64,000 nt of DNA, taken from NCBI GenBank assembly GCA_038905755.1, contig JBCKHR010000001.1, positions 29,453 through 93,452 on the forward strand, read 5' to 3'. Position numbers and translations under genes: made by a program. The notes under the pieces are model-generated. The model was given only the letters and a program-made list of their open reading frames with translations, was not told the origin of the DNA and ran no database searches. Shown piece by piece: positions 1 to 10,175 of the stretch (position 1 is its first letter; every line of letters starts with the position of its first letter). The DNA comes from Candidatus Planktophila sp. (GTDB taxonomy: Bacteria > Actinomycetota > Actinomycetes > Nanopelagicales > Nanopelagicaceae).

Positions 1-7
1 GGCGAAA

Positions 8-343
8 TCATTCAACCGTTACAATGGTCATAATAATAACCACTAAACCCTGTTTTATACAATAGTAGCCATTATTATGACCATTTAAACAGCTCTTAGC
101 CATTGCTTTACCGGTATGGCCTTGGTAGAAAGCAACATCTAGGTGACCTCCGATGCCAGTTACTTCCGTAATCCCAACTGGAGCTCCTTTCCAGCGAGCA
201 TAGAAAAGGGGACTCGATCCATCATCACGATGGATTTGATGGACTTCCATGAAGCCCAATTCCGTGGCTAATTCCAACAAATATGGTCCAACGGGCGCTT
301 CTCTGATGGTTGTCATGGAAGGGGATAGTGTCGGGCGTCTCAA
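8..343 (-). CDS. Hypothetical protein, possibly a gene remnant; likelier start ATG 316
   Basis: 111-aa ORF with no motif I recognise. Its last ~26 codons run through an AT-rich inverted-repeat region, suggesting read-through past a truncation. Confidence 0.3.
   Translation of the reverse strand: MRRPTLSPSMTTIREAPVGPYLLELATELGFMEVHQIHRDDGSSPLFYARWKGAPVGITEVTGIGGHLDVAFYQGHTGKAMAKSCLNGHNNGYYCIKQGLVVIIMTIVTVE
23..85. repeat. Perfect 15-bp inverted repeat, operator-like
   Basis: AATGGTCATAATAAT (23-37) and ATTATTATGACCATT (71-85), with a 33-nt spacer. Confidence 0.85.
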
Positions 344-373
344 GCAGGTCAGGCATGGATAGCGCGAGGCAAT

Positions 374-1333
374 TTACTTATGCGGCCCCCACGAAGGGTC
401 AATAGTTTTTAACCAGAGAGTACGTACGCCTTCTACATCTAAATCAAGAGTTACACGTACCTTTGCAGCATTCTCTAAACGTAGCGGTTCGATTTTTAAC
501 TCTAGTGGCGATCTGCGATCAACGATTGTTTGACCTCGTGCCGGACCAGCGGATGTATCAACAACTACATCAAAGAGTTCCGTTGTGAAAAGTTCTGGGG
601 CAATGACACTTGCCACCGCGCCATAATCTCCAAGAGTAACTGATGAACCAAGTCGTTCTATGAAAGCCGAAATCAACGCACCACCAAACTGCGCTGCTGG
701 ATCTGTAGCGCTCTGCAATCGTTTAGCTTCCACGTCACTCACGCATGGCCGCATAAAGACATCGAGGCCGTACATCGTAATTGGAACACCACTTTGAAAA
801 ACTATTGCTGCAGCTTCAGCGTCATGCCAGATATTAAATTCAGCAGCGGCAGTTGCATTACCAGCGGCAGCAGATCCGCCCATCAAGACAATGCGATGAA
901 CTTTCTGCGCGCTCTCTGGAAAAGCGCGCAGGAAAAGCGCGATGTTTGTAAGAGGCGCAAGTGGAACTAGTGTTACTGGATTTTTCGAGCCTTCAATTAA
1001 GTCGCGCATAAGTTCAAGCGCAGATCGTGAATCTACCTTTCGAGGCGATGGCGGGATTCCTAGATCACCCATTCCATCAGCGCCATGAACATATTCGGCG
1101 TATTGCGAGCGCCCGAGCAGTGGACGAACCGCGCCTCGTGCAACAGGGATCTCGCCAGCTCCGACTGCATCCAGAACTTTCAAGGTATTCTCGACGACTT
1201 GATCAACGTTTGTATTTCCATCGACACAGGTGATGCCTAATAGGTTGATAGCCCGATGTCGCGCCGCGAAGAGAATTGCGAAAGCATCATCGATTCCAGT
1301 GTCAACATCAAGAATGAGCGAAGTTTTATTCAT
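374..1333 (-). CDS. Nucleoside hydrolase, inosine/uridine-preferring family
   Basis: N-terminal DVDTGIDDA, HGADGMG, PLTNIA and AAEFNIWHDAEAA motifs. Confidence 0.95.
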   Translation of the reverse strand: MNKTSLILDVDTGIDDAFAILFAARHRAINLLGITCVDGNTNVDQVVENTLKVLDAVGAGEIPVARGAVRPLLGRSQYAEYVHGADGMGDLGIPPSPRKVDSRSALELMRDLIEGSKNPVTLVPLAPLTNIALFLRAFPESAQKVHRIVLMGGSAAAGNATAAAEFNIWHDAEAAAIVFQSGVPITMYGLDVFMRPCVSDVEAKRLQSATDPAAQFGGALISAFIERLGSSVTLGDYGAVASVIAPELFTTELFDVVVDTSAGPARGQTIVDRRSPLELKIEPLRLENAAKVRVTLDLDVEGVRTLWLKTIDPSWGPHK

Positions 1334-1339
1334 GCGCGA

Positions 1340-1346
1340 TAGCCTA
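1340..1346. promoter_or_regulatory. Overlapping divergent -10 boxes for two leaderless transcripts
   Basis: TAGCCT(+) lies 6 nt before ATG 1352 and TAGGCT(-) lies 7 nt before ATG 1333; the intergenic space is 18 bp. Confidence 0.65.
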
Positions 1347-1351
1347 GCGGT

Positions 1352-2254
1352 ATGAATAAGCCCGTAATTGCTGTGGTAGGCAGCGCAGGGATGGATTTAA
1401 CTGCATACGCAGATGTTTTGCCAGAACCCGGTCAAACTGTAATTGGCAATTTATTTACGACAGGTTTTGGTGGTAAAGGCGCGAATCAAGCAGCGGCGGC
1501 GGCACACTGCGGCGGCGAGATCTATTTTGTCGGCAAAATCGGAAGCGATCTCTTCGGGGACTCGATTGCTCAAAATTTCATCTCTCTTGGAATTAACACA
1601 GATCATGTGGAGCGCAGCAACTCGCCAACGGGTGTTGCACATATCTGGGTTGATGGCAGCGGTGAAAACAGAATTGTAATCATTCCCGGCGCTAACCATG
1701 AAATAGAACCAACGAGAGCCGCTCATGCAATTTCCTCAATAAAAGATTTACAGATTGTCATCGCACAATGTGAAATTAAGGAAGAAGTTACTCTCGCAGC
1801 GTTCAGCGCTGCAAAAGTTCGAGGTGTTACGACGATTCTCAACCCTGCGCCTTATCAAAAATTATCTCCAGAACTACTCGATCTTACCGATTGGTTAATT
1901 CCTAACGAAACTGAATTTCGAGAACTTCATCCGGCTCACCTCTTACCAATCTCTGACGATAGTCTCAAAACTTTCAGAGCTGGAAAAAATTCAATCGTAA
2001 CTTTAGGCGCGCAAGGCGCTGCTTTCATCTCTGAAATTGGAGTGATTCAAAGAGTTACTGCGCCAAAAGTAAAAGCAATTGATACAACCGGAGCTGGAGA
2101 TGCTTTCGTGGGTACTTTTGCTTTTGCGTTAGCGTTAGGGAAAACACCACTAGCGGCTATGCGCCAAGGGTGCGCAATTGCCTCGTTAAGTGTTACCAAG
2201 AAGGGTGCGCAATCTTCGTACCCAACTCACGCTGAGATTGCCACGCTTTCATAG
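1352..2254 (+). CDS. rbsK: Ribokinase (PfkB family)
   Basis: GGKGANQA, NPAP, PNETE and DTTGAGDAF motifs. Confidence 0.93.
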   Translation: MNKPVIAVVGSAGMDLTAYADVLPEPGQTVIGNLFTTGFGGKGANQAAAAAHCGGEIYFVGKIGSDLFGDSIAQNFISLGINTDHVERSNSPTGVAHIWVDGSGENRIVIIPGANHEIEPTRAAHAISSIKDLQIVIAQCEIKEEVTLAAFSAAKVRGVTTILNPAPYQKLSPELLDLTDWLIPNETEFRELHPAHLLPISDDSLKTFRAGKNSIVTLGAQGAAFISEIGVIQRVTAPKVKAIDTTGAGDAFVGTFAFALALGKTPLAAMRQGCAIASLSVTKKGAQSSYPTHAEIATLS

Positions 2255-3411
2255 CCACGTAAAACAAAAGTCGGTCTCCGTACCGGCTCGCTAGCAAGAG
2301 CCATACCAGGATATTTTTCCCATAAAGCCGGCAACGAAACACTCATCTCCAGACGCGCAAGGGGGGCACCGATGCAGAAATGTATTCCAGCCCCGAAGCC
2401 AATGTGATGGTTGGGGTCACGCGTTAAATCCATCTCTGTCGGCTTTTCAAAGACGCTTTCATCTCGATTCGCAGAGCCTATGAGAGCTGCAATTTTTTGA
2501 CCGGCTTCGATTGCAACGCCACCAATTAGGGTTGCCTTTGTTGCGGTGCGCTCAAAGAAATGCAGCGGCGCATCAAAGCGCATGAACTCTTCAAGAGCGG
2601 TCTCAGTAAGGCCGCGAGCGTTATTTCGAAGAAGTTCACTTTGATCTGGGCGTTGGAGAGTTGCAACCATTCCATTTCCAAAGGCATTGACACTTGCTTC
2701 ATGGCCAGCATTAAGGAGAAGTACGCAGGTTGCGACCAACTCGTGAGCGTTGAGTTTTTCACCGCTCTCTTCAACCGCTGCTAAATCTGTAATGAGATCG
2801 CTTCCAGGGTTGCTCTTTCGGTACGCGGCAAGGGAATGAACATAATCAGCAAATTCCTTCGCTGCTCTCTTAGCATCGGTTTGATGTTCTTGGGTCGGAT
2901 TGACTTCATACATCTTTACAATTGCTTGCGACCACGGCCGCAAGAGATGTTCTTCTGATTCTGGAAAACCTAACAATTCAGCAATGATTTTTACAGGTAG
3001 TGGTTCGGCGTAATCACCAATTAAATCAAAAGTTTCGCCAGCTTTAACTTTGACGTCAATCGAATCTAGTAACTCTCTGGTAATTCTCTCTACTGCCGGA
3101 CGCATTCCTTCGATTTTATTTCGATTAAAAGCTTTGGATACAAGGGCACGGAGCCGGGTATGTTTGGGAGGTTCGCTATCTAGAATTGAATCAGCGTGAA
3201 GCCAATTAAAAACTTCCCAGTCAAATTCAGGCGTTTTCGCGGTAAAGATTCGGCCTAAGGATTTATTGCGGAAAACATTATTGGCATCTTCATGAGTTGC
3301 AGCTAAAAACATTTGTAAACCTTCATGCCAAATCGGCTTTCCTTCACTTCTTAACTCTGCCAGGGCAGGGTAAGGGTCTGCAACAAACTCTGGATCACTA
3401 AAATCAAGCAC
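2227..3411 (-). CDS. Cytochrome P450
   Basis: EPPKHTRLR, I-helix AGHEAS, EEFMR (ExxR) and heme ligand FGAGIHFCIG. Confidence 0.95.
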   Translation of the reverse strand: MLDFSDPEFVADPYPALAELRSEGKPIWHEGLQMFLAATHEDANNVFRNKSLGRIFTAKTPEFDWEVFNWLHADSILDSEPPKHTRLRALVSKAFNRNKIEGMRPAVERITRELLDSIDVKVKAGETFDLIGDYAEPLPVKIIAELLGFPESEEHLLRPWSQAIVKMYEVNPTQEHQTDAKRAAKEFADYVHSLAAYRKSNPGSDLITDLAAVEESGEKLNAHELVATCVLLLNAGHEASVNAFGNGMVATLQRPDQSELLRNNARGLTETALEEFMRFDAPLHFFERTATKATLIGGVAIEAGQKIAALIGSANRDESVFEKPTEMDLTRDPNHHIGFGAGIHFCIGAPLARLEMSVSLPALWEKYPGMALASEPVRRPTFVLRGYESVAISA

Positions 3412-4512
3412 TTATTCGGCCACGATCTGGGCATACCCTGGCTTAATCACTTCTTCAATGATTTTTAGGCGCTCTGGATAAGGAATGAAAGCGCTCTTCA
3501 TCGCATTGATGGTCACGCGCTGCAATTGCGCAAAATTCCAGCCAAAAGCTTTTACGCATTCTTCCATCTCAAGCGACATAGAGGTCTGGCTCATTAACCG
3601 ATTATCGGTATTGAGAGTCACGCGAAACCGTAACTCTGCTAGCACGCCAATTGGATGTTCGGCATAACTATGAGCTGCTCCGGTTTGTAGATTCGAGGTT
3701 GGACATAGCTCAAGCGGAATTCTTCGATCTCGAACATAGGATGCCAAGATTCCTAACTTTGGTTGGAGACCAGAGAAATCAATATCGTCGATGATGCGAA
3801 CGCCATGACCTAAACGTTCAGCTCCACATATTTGGAGCGCCTCCCAGATAGAGGGCAAACCATAAGCTTCGCCGGCATGAATTGTGAAGTGGGCATTCTC
3901 TTTGCGTAAATAGTCGAAGGAATCTTTCTGATCACTTGGTGGAAAACCATCTTCAGGACCAGCGATATCAAAACCAACTACGCCTTTATCGCGATACTTA
4001 ACTACAAGTTCTGCAACTTCTTGCGATCGGTTATTTTGTCGCATTCCACAGAGAAGTGAATAAACCTTAATCGAATGACCCTCGCTAGCGGCATCTTGCG
4101 TACCTTGCCGATAACCTTCAAGAGTCGCCTCAATAACGTCAGCAAGTGTTAGACCTTTTTCAGTAAATAACTCTGGGGCACCACGAACTTCGGCATAGAC
4201 GACCCCATCGCGAGCTAGATCTAAAGCGCATTCTCGAGCAACTCGAATAATGTCTTCTCTGCGTTGCATCACTGCAATTGTGTGAGAGAAAGTTTCCAAA
4301 TATCTAACGAGTGAACCTGAGTCACATGATTGTCGAAACCATGTCGCAAGTTCGCCAGCGTCGCGCGTGGGAAGGGCGGTATAACCAATCTCGAGCGCAA
4401 TATCAATAATTGTTTGTGGACGAAGGCCACCATCTAAGTGGTCATGAATTAGAACTTTCGGGATCCGTTTAATTTGATCCTTACTCGGTAGAGATGCAAG
4501 GTTCACAACCAC
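3412..4512 (-). CDS. add: Adenosine deaminase
   Basis: HDHLDGG, HAGE, RLGHG, CPTSN and NTDN motifs. Confidence 0.93.
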   Translation of the reverse strand: MVVNLASLPSKDQIKRIPKVLIHDHLDGGLRPQTIIDIALEIGYTALPTRDAGELATWFRQSCDSGSLVRYLETFSHTIAVMQRREDIIRVARECALDLARDGVVYAEVRGAPELFTEKGLTLADVIEATLEGYRQGTQDAASEGHSIKVYSLLCGMRQNNRSQEVAELVVKYRDKGVVGFDIAGPEDGFPPSDQKDSFDYLRKENAHFTIHAGEAYGLPSIWEALQICGAERLGHGVRIIDDIDFSGLQPKLGILASYVRDRRIPLELCPTSNLQTGAAHSYAEHPIGVLAELRFRVTLNTDNRLMSQTSMSLEMEECVKAFGWNFAQLQRVTINAMKSAFIPYPERLKIIEEVIKPGYAQIVAE

Positions 4513-4518
4513 TCCTGA

Positions 4519-5823
4519 CTAGCCAACAATTCGCTCAAGTATTAACGGCAATCTATCGAGTTTCCCATCCGGTGGTAAATCACCAATAACGACCGAGCTT
4601 TCTAGCGATTCTTGCGCTCGAGCAAAAGCTGCTGGCGTATCGGTATGCAGGGTGTAAAGCGGTGAACCCGCGCAAACTTTATCTCCCGGTTTTGCGTGCA
4701 TCTCTATTCCAGCACCTGCCTGAACGCTTTCGCCTTGTCGTGAACGTCCAGCACCTAGCCGCCAAGCGGCAATACCAACTTTCATTGCATCCATCGAAAG
4801 CATTGTCCCCGATCTTTCGGCGGTGATCACTAAATTTTCTTTAGCTCTGGGAAGCTGGGCATCAGGATCGCCACCTTGAGCTTTAATCATTTTGCGCCAC
4901 ACATCCATTGCTTTACCGTTTTTTAACGCATCAGCTGGATCGGCGCCATTAACTCCGGCAACTTCTAACGCTTCGCGCGCGAGAAGAATTGTTAACTCAA
5001 CGATATCCCAAGGGCCGCCACCGGCGAGAACTTCAACCGATTCACGAACCTCTAGCGCATTTCCGGCAGTTAAACCCAGTGGAACATCCATTGCGGTAAT
5101 AAGAGCACGAGTTTTAATTCCGGCACGTGTTCCAAGACCAACCATAACTTCTGCAAGTTCTTTAGCTTTCGCAGGGTCGCTCATAAAAGCACCTGCTCCG
5201 GTTTTTACATCTAAAATCAAAGCGCTCGTTCCTTCGGCAATCTTTTTACTCATAATAGAAGAAGCGATAAGTGGTATTGACTCAACTGTCGCCGTTACAT
5301 CGCGAAGTGCGTATAACTTTCTATCTGCAGGTGCAAGACCCTCTCCCGCCGCACAAATAACTGCGCCACATTCTTGTAGCACTGCCAACATTTGCGCGTT
5401 AGAGAGGTTCGCTTGCCATCCAGGAATTGATTCCAATTTATCTAGCGTTCCACCGGTATGGCCAAGACCTCGACCAGATATCTGTGGGACTGCTGCTCCG
5501 CATGCAGCAATAAGTGGGGCCAGAGGTAACGTTATTTTATCGCCGACGCCGCCAGTTGAATGCTTGTCAACGGTTGGGCGATCGAGTACTGACCAATTCA
5601 TCCGCTCACCGCTATTGACCATCGCATCGGTCCAGCGTGAAATCTCGCTTAACTCCATACCGTTAAGCAAAATAGCCATAAGTAACGCTGACATTTGCTC
5701 ATCAGCGATGGATCCACGGGTATAAGCGTCAACCACCCAATCTATTTGCGGATTGGTTAATTGGCGTCGATCGCGTTTTGCAGCGATGATTTCAACTGCC
5801 GAAAAAGCTTCTACTTCTGTCAT
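4519..5823 (-). CDS. deoA: Thymidine/pyrimidine-nucleoside phosphorylase
   Basis: DKHSTGGVGDK, SGRGLGHTGGTLDKLE and SIMSKK motifs. Confidence 0.95.
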   Translation of the reverse strand: MTEVEAFSAVEIIAAKRDRRQLTNPQIDWVVDAYTRGSIADEQMSALLMAILLNGMELSEISRWTDAMVNSGERMNWSVLDRPTVDKHSTGGVGDKITLPLAPLIAACGAAVPQISGRGLGHTGGTLDKLESIPGWQANLSNAQMLAVLQECGAVICAAGEGLAPADRKLYALRDVTATVESIPLIASSIMSKKIAEGTSALILDVKTGAGAFMSDPAKAKELAEVMVGLGTRAGIKTRALITAMDVPLGLTAGNALEVRESVEVLAGGGPWDIVELTILLAREALEVAGVNGADPADALKNGKAMDVWRKMIKAQGGDPDAQLPRAKENLVITAERSGTMLSMDAMKVGIAAWRLGAGRSRQGESVQAGAGIEMHAKPGDKVCAGSPLYTLHTDTPAAFARAQESLESSVVIGDLPPDGKLDRLPLILERIVG

Positions 5824-6225
5824 TTAGCGCTCGTTACGATTAAGATTTTCTGGACCAAAAGCCCAAGGCAGCATTGCTGACATTTTTTCAATTCCAGAAT
5901 CCGTCATGAGTAGAGCTCCGCCGCCGCCATGTTCAAAGAGCAATTGCCGGCAACGTCCACACGGTGCTAAATAATTTCCTTGGCCATCAACACAGACAAT
6001 GGCAAGTAACCGTCCACCACCGCTTGCGATCAGAGTGGAAACGAGGCCACATTCAGCGCATAAACCAAGTCCATAACTAGCATTTTCAACATTGCATCCA
6101 GTAACGATTCTTCCATCGCTTACCAGTGCTGCTACACCAACTGGAAACTTTGAATATGGCGCATATGCCTTTTTCATTATCTCAATAGCGCGCGCATGTA
6201 ACTCTTCCCAATCGATATCGCTCAT
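5824..6225 (-). CDS. cdd: Cytidine deaminase
   Basis: APYSKFPVG, NVENASYGLGLCAE and PCGRCRQ motifs. Confidence 0.95.
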   Translation of the reverse strand: MSDIDWEELHARAIEIMKKAYAPYSKFPVGVAALVSDGRIVTGCNVENASYGLGLCAECGLVSTLIASGGGRLLAIVCVDGQGNYLAPCGRCRQLLFEHGGGGALLMTDSGIEKMSAMLPWAFGPENLNRNER

Positions 6226-7457
6226 TTAAGACCACCACGACGATATGCCATTCCAACGGCTGCCGGTATTCGAAGTTTTTGCGAGGCAAGCGACATAACT
6301 AAGAGCGTTGCAATATATGGGGTCATTGTTACAAGTTGTCCAGGAAGTTCCTTCACTGCGATAAAGAACCAGATTGATCCACTAGCAAAGAGGAAACTAA
6401 TCGCTGCCTTTATAAACTTACCTTTACGGATATCTCGAACAATAAGGGCAAGTAAGATTAAAGCAACTATTAAAAGTAAAGCATGAATTGATGCAGAATC
6501 GCGCAGTTGTAGCGCATCGGCAAAACCAAATAACCCTGCACCCATCAAAAGACCGCCTGGTCGATAATTACCAAAGATAAGTGCAGCCAAACCAACATAG
6601 CCACGACCTGCAACTTGATTCTCTTGATAGTGATTGGTTGCGACTAGGGCTAAAAAGCCGCCACCAAGACCAGCAAAACCACCAGATAGAAGCACTCCGA
6701 TACACTTCATTTTATAAACATTTACACCGAGAGATTCAGCAGCTGTTGGTGCTTCACCCGCGCTGCGCAATCGCAAACCAAAAGATGTTTTCCAAAGAAT
6801 GAAATACGATGCTGGGATAAAGAGAATTGCTATGACAGTGATATAAGAGAGATCTCCAGTTAACCCACGGAAAATTGATGAAACATCAGAAATAAAGAAC
6901 CATCCTTTATCAGCAAGCGCCTGCGATAGATCAGGACTATGCCAACCAAAGAAAGTTCCGCCAGAGAGAATGGGGAGTCCGGTATAGCCAATAGAAGCAA
7001 TATCGGGTGATTGTGATGGTCCTGGCCATTCCCCATCCATATAAAGCACGGTAGATAAGTAACGGACTAAGCCCACCGCAATGATGTTGATGGCAACACC
7101 AGAAACAACATGATCAACGCCAAAGCCAACAGTTGCAATTGCGTGAATCAAGCCGCCCACCGCTCCAAAAACTATTGCGCCTAGTAAGCCAAACCATGGA
7201 CCATGTCTGTAACCAATAAAACCACCAGCCCAAGCACCCATAATCATCATGCCTTCAAGACCAATATTTACAACACCTGCACGTTCTGAATAAAGTCCAC
7301 CTAGGGCGGCAAGGATTATTGGAACTGAAAGTAATAGCGCAGCGGATGCCGTACCTACGCTGGTTAAATCAGTGGCGCCAGTGAATACTCGAACTATAGA
7401 TAAAATAAAAATGGAAATAAAAATATATGACCCAAGTTTTAGCGCACGGCCTCTCAT
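6222..7457 (-). CDS. Nucleoside (CUT2-type) ABC transporter permease
   Basis: SERAGVVNIGLEG and GLRLRSAGE motifs; multiple TM segments. Confidence 0.9.
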   Translation of the reverse strand: MRGRALKLGSYIFISIFILSIVRVFTGATDLTSVGTASAALLLSVPIILAALGGLYSERAGVVNIGLEGMMIMGAWAGGFIGYRHGPWFGLLGAIVFGAVGGLIHAIATVGFGVDHVVSGVAINIIAVGLVRYLSTVLYMDGEWPGPSQSPDIASIGYTGLPILSGGTFFGWHSPDLSQALADKGWFFISDVSSIFRGLTGDLSYITVIAILFIPASYFILWKTSFGLRLRSAGEAPTAAESLGVNVYKMKCIGVLLSGGFAGLGGGFLALVATNHYQENQVAGRGYVGLAALIFGNYRPGGLLMGAGLFGFADALQLRDSASIHALLLIVALILLALIVRDIRKGKFIKAAISFLFASGSIWFFIAVKELPGQLVTMTPYIATLLVMSLASQKLRIPAAVGMAYRRGGLK

Positions 7458-8563
7458 TGATGTACCGCCTTTGCGAATTCGTTACTTTGCACCGTTATCT
7501 TGTAACGGCGCACCACTTCGTAGGCAATAACTGCACTGAGCAAAATCGAACCTTGCATAATCACATAAGTTTCAGGTGCGATATCGATTAATTCGAGCGC
7601 GCGCGAACTTACTTCAAGGAAAGCAAAGAGCAGGGCGCTAATCGCCATGCCGCCAGCAGAATTTCTCCCCAGTAGAGCTACTGCAATCGCAGTGAACCCG
7701 ATTCCAGTTCTAAAACCCATAGTGAATTGATAGGTGTCGCCAAGAATGTTGGTAAGTCCTGCCAAGCTTGCGATTGCACCACTTGCTGCCATCGCAATGA
7801 TGGTCATTTTCTTGGAATTCACACCACTCACTCTTGCTGCAATGGGATTAATTCCAGTAGCGCGAAGTTCAAAACCAAAACGGGTGCGATTTACGACAAA
7901 CCAGAAAGTGATACCGAGAGCTACCGCCACTAATAACATTCCAAAGACTCCGCTTCCGGGTTGGTCTTTAATGCCTAATTTATTAAGAAATGGCATGAGA
8001 TTGGGAATGCGACCAGATTCTGAAATTTCTTTTGTATATAAATTGTTAGAATTTAAACCGTCCGTTTTCACTGTGAAGTGAGTAGCTAAAAGATATGCCG
8101 AAAGCCCGCCAGCCAAAGCGTTGAGCATGATTGTGGAAATTACTTCACTGACTCCACGTTTAACTTTAAGATAACCAGCAATCGCTGCCCACAATCCACC
8201 AACGCTCATCGCTATCAAGAAGATTGCCAGAATGTGCAAAATTGGAGGCAACGAAAACATCGCCCCGAAGTAAGCTGCGAAGAGCGCGCCTAAACGAAGC
8301 TGGCCTTCAACTCCGATATTAAATAAACCTGCTCGAAAAGTTACGGCAACTGCTAGGGCTGCAATGTAAAAAGGAGTGGCGATATTGAGCGTTTCCATTA
8401 AGTTGGCTGGTTGTGAACCAAATTCCCACATTGTCTTATACGCCTCAATTGGAGACTTCTTGGAAGCCAGAACTGCCAGACTCGAAATTAAAATTGAGAA
8501 GAGCGCAGCAGCTAGCGGGGCTACAACTGCTAAACCAATTCGCAGCGGTGAGAACTTTTTCAT
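7454..8563 (-). CDS. Nucleoside ABC transporter permease
   Basis: GLFNIGVEGQ, EVISTIMLN and GFELRATG motifs. Confidence 0.9.
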   Translation of the reverse strand: MKKFSPLRIGLAVVAPLAAALFSILISSLAVLASKKSPIEAYKTMWEFGSQPANLMETLNIATPFYIAALAVAVTFRAGLFNIGVEGQLRLGALFAAYFGAMFSLPPILHILAIFLIAMSVGGLWAAIAGYLKVKRGVSEVISTIMLNALAGGLSAYLLATHFTVKTDGLNSNNLYTKEISESGRIPNLMPFLNKLGIKDQPGSGVFGMLLVAVALGITFWFVVNRTRFGFELRATGINPIAARVSGVNSKKMTIIAMAASGAIASLAGLTNILGDTYQFTMGFRTGIGFTAIAVALLGRNSAGGMAISALLFAFLEVSSRALELIDIAPETYVIMQGSILLSAVIAYEVVRRYKITVQSNEFAKAVHQ

Positions 8564-10065
8564 GACGCGCCTGTCATCGCTGAACCGAGAGCTTCAGGGG
8601 TTGTCTTGCGTGGGTCTAATTCGGCGGTAATCGCGCCACGCAACATCACAAGTAAGCGGTCAGACATCCCAATTAACTCGTGCAAATCGGCTGAAATTAA
8701 AACTATCGCCATACCGTTTTCACGCGCTCTGCGCAGGACTTCCCAAATCGCACCTTGCGCACCAACATCGACTCCTCGAGTTGGGTGTGAGGCAACGAGG
8801 AGCGCCGGCACTTTACTCATTTCGCGGCCTACAATAAATTTTTGTTGGTTTCCACCCGAGAGCGCTGTTGCCAAGGAATCAGGACCTAAAGCTCGAACAT
8901 CAAACTCTTCCATGATGCGTTCTGTATCGGCAATTGTGGCTGCCTTGTCGAGAATAAAACCGTTCATTACAGGTTTACCGCGTTGATGTCCCAAAATTCG
9001 ATTCTCCCAGAGCGGTGAACTCATCATTAACGCTTGGCGTTGGCGATCCTCTGGAATAAAACCAATTCCAAGATCTCTCCGGTCTGCCACCTCTAATTCA
9101 TCTATTGGTTGCGATTTAAACTCAATAGATCCGGTGTAGCGCTGCAAGCCTAAAATAGCTTCAACTAACTCAGCTTGGCCGTTACCTTCAACGCCTGCAA
9201 TGCCAACAACTTCACCGGCATGAAGGTTAAAAGAGATGTGAGAAAGCAAATCACGACTTCCAGATTGCGTCGGCATGGAAACATCTTTTAGCGCAAGCGT
9301 TACTTCTTCGCGACGAGTATCGCCACGTATTTGCGGTTGCGGTAATTCACTGCCCACCATGAGTTGTGCTAACTCGCGCGCAGTTACATCTTTGGCGTTG
9401 ACTTGCGCAACGGTGGAACCGGCACGGACTACCGTTACTTGATCTGCCACACGTAATACTTCATCCAATTTGTGTGAGATAAAGATAAGCGCCATTCCTT
9501 GAGCACGTAAACCTGCAAGTGCCTTGAATAACTCATCCACTTCTTGCGGAACTAACACTGCAGTTGGTTCATCGAAAATAAGAATTTTCGCGCCGCGGTA
9601 AAGGACTTTAAGAATTTCAACACGTTGACGCTGGCCAACACCTAAACTTTCAACTAGTACATCAGGATCAACTTCAAGGCCGTAAGCCTTGGCCATCTCT
9701 GAAATCTTCTTCCTCGCCGCGCCAAAATCTATTTTGCCTTTACTGGTTGGCTCAGAACCTAAAATAATATTTTCTAAAACGGTGAAATTATCGGCCAACA
9801 TAAAGTGTTGGTGCACCATGCCGATATTTGCTGCAATCGCGTCATTTGGATTCTTAAAATGAACTAACTCACCGTTAATTAAAATTTCACCGCTATCTGG
9901 ACGCTGCATTCCATAAAGAATTTTCATAACAGTTGATTTACCTGCGCCATTTTCGCCGACTAAGGCGTGTACAGAGCCAGTTTCAACTTTCATGGAAACA
10001 TCTTTACTCGCGATGACTCCAGGGAAGCGCTTTGCAATGTGGCGAAGTTCTACAGCGAGGCTCAA
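8560..10065 (-). CDS. ABC transporter ATP-binding protein with two NBDs (CUT2)
   Basis: GENGAGKST, DEPT, LSGGNQQK and PTRGVDVG motifs. Confidence 0.93.
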   Translation of the reverse strand: MSLAVELRHIAKRFPGVIASKDVSMKVETGSVHALVGENGAGKSTVMKILYGMQRPDSGEILINGELVHFKNPNDAIAANIGMVHQHFMLADNFTVLENIILGSEPTSKGKIDFGAARKKISEMAKAYGLEVDPDVLVESLGVGQRQRVEILKVLYRGAKILIFDEPTAVLVPQEVDELFKALAGLRAQGMALIFISHKLDEVLRVADQVTVVRAGSTVAQVNAKDVTARELAQLMVGSELPQPQIRGDTRREEVTLALKDVSMPTQSGSRDLLSHISFNLHAGEVVGIAGVEGNGQAELVEAILGLQRYTGSIEFKSQPIDELEVADRRDLGIGFIPEDRQRQALMMSSPLWENRILGHQRGKPVMNGFILDKAATIADTERIMEEFDVRALGPDSLATALSGGNQQKFIVGREMSKVPALLVASHPTRGVDVGAQGAIWEVLRRARENGMAIVLISADLHELIGMSDRLLVMLRGAITAELDPRKTTPEALGSAMTGAS

Positions 10066-10111
10066 AATTAATCTCCTAATGTAAGGTTGATAAAGTATCT
10101 CAAATTAGAAA

Positions 10112-10163
10112 AGTATTTAGCCCGGTAAGAGGAGATTTAACTCTTCTGGCCGGGCTAAATACT
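10112..10163 (-). terminator. Long hairpin between the binding-protein gene and the ATPase gene (terminator or mRNA stabiliser)
   Basis: AGTATTTAGCCCGG (10112-10125) pairs perfectly with CCGGGCTAAATACT (10150-10163), with an inner AAGAG/CTCTT extension. Confidence 0.75.
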
Positions 10164-10175
10164 ACTAAACCAAGG

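Noticed and set aside
4892-5725. 277-aa antisense ORF over deoA, and similar antisense ORFs over pcrA, purH, groEL and others
   Set aside because: Mirror frames of well-conserved genes, with no motifs or expression signals.
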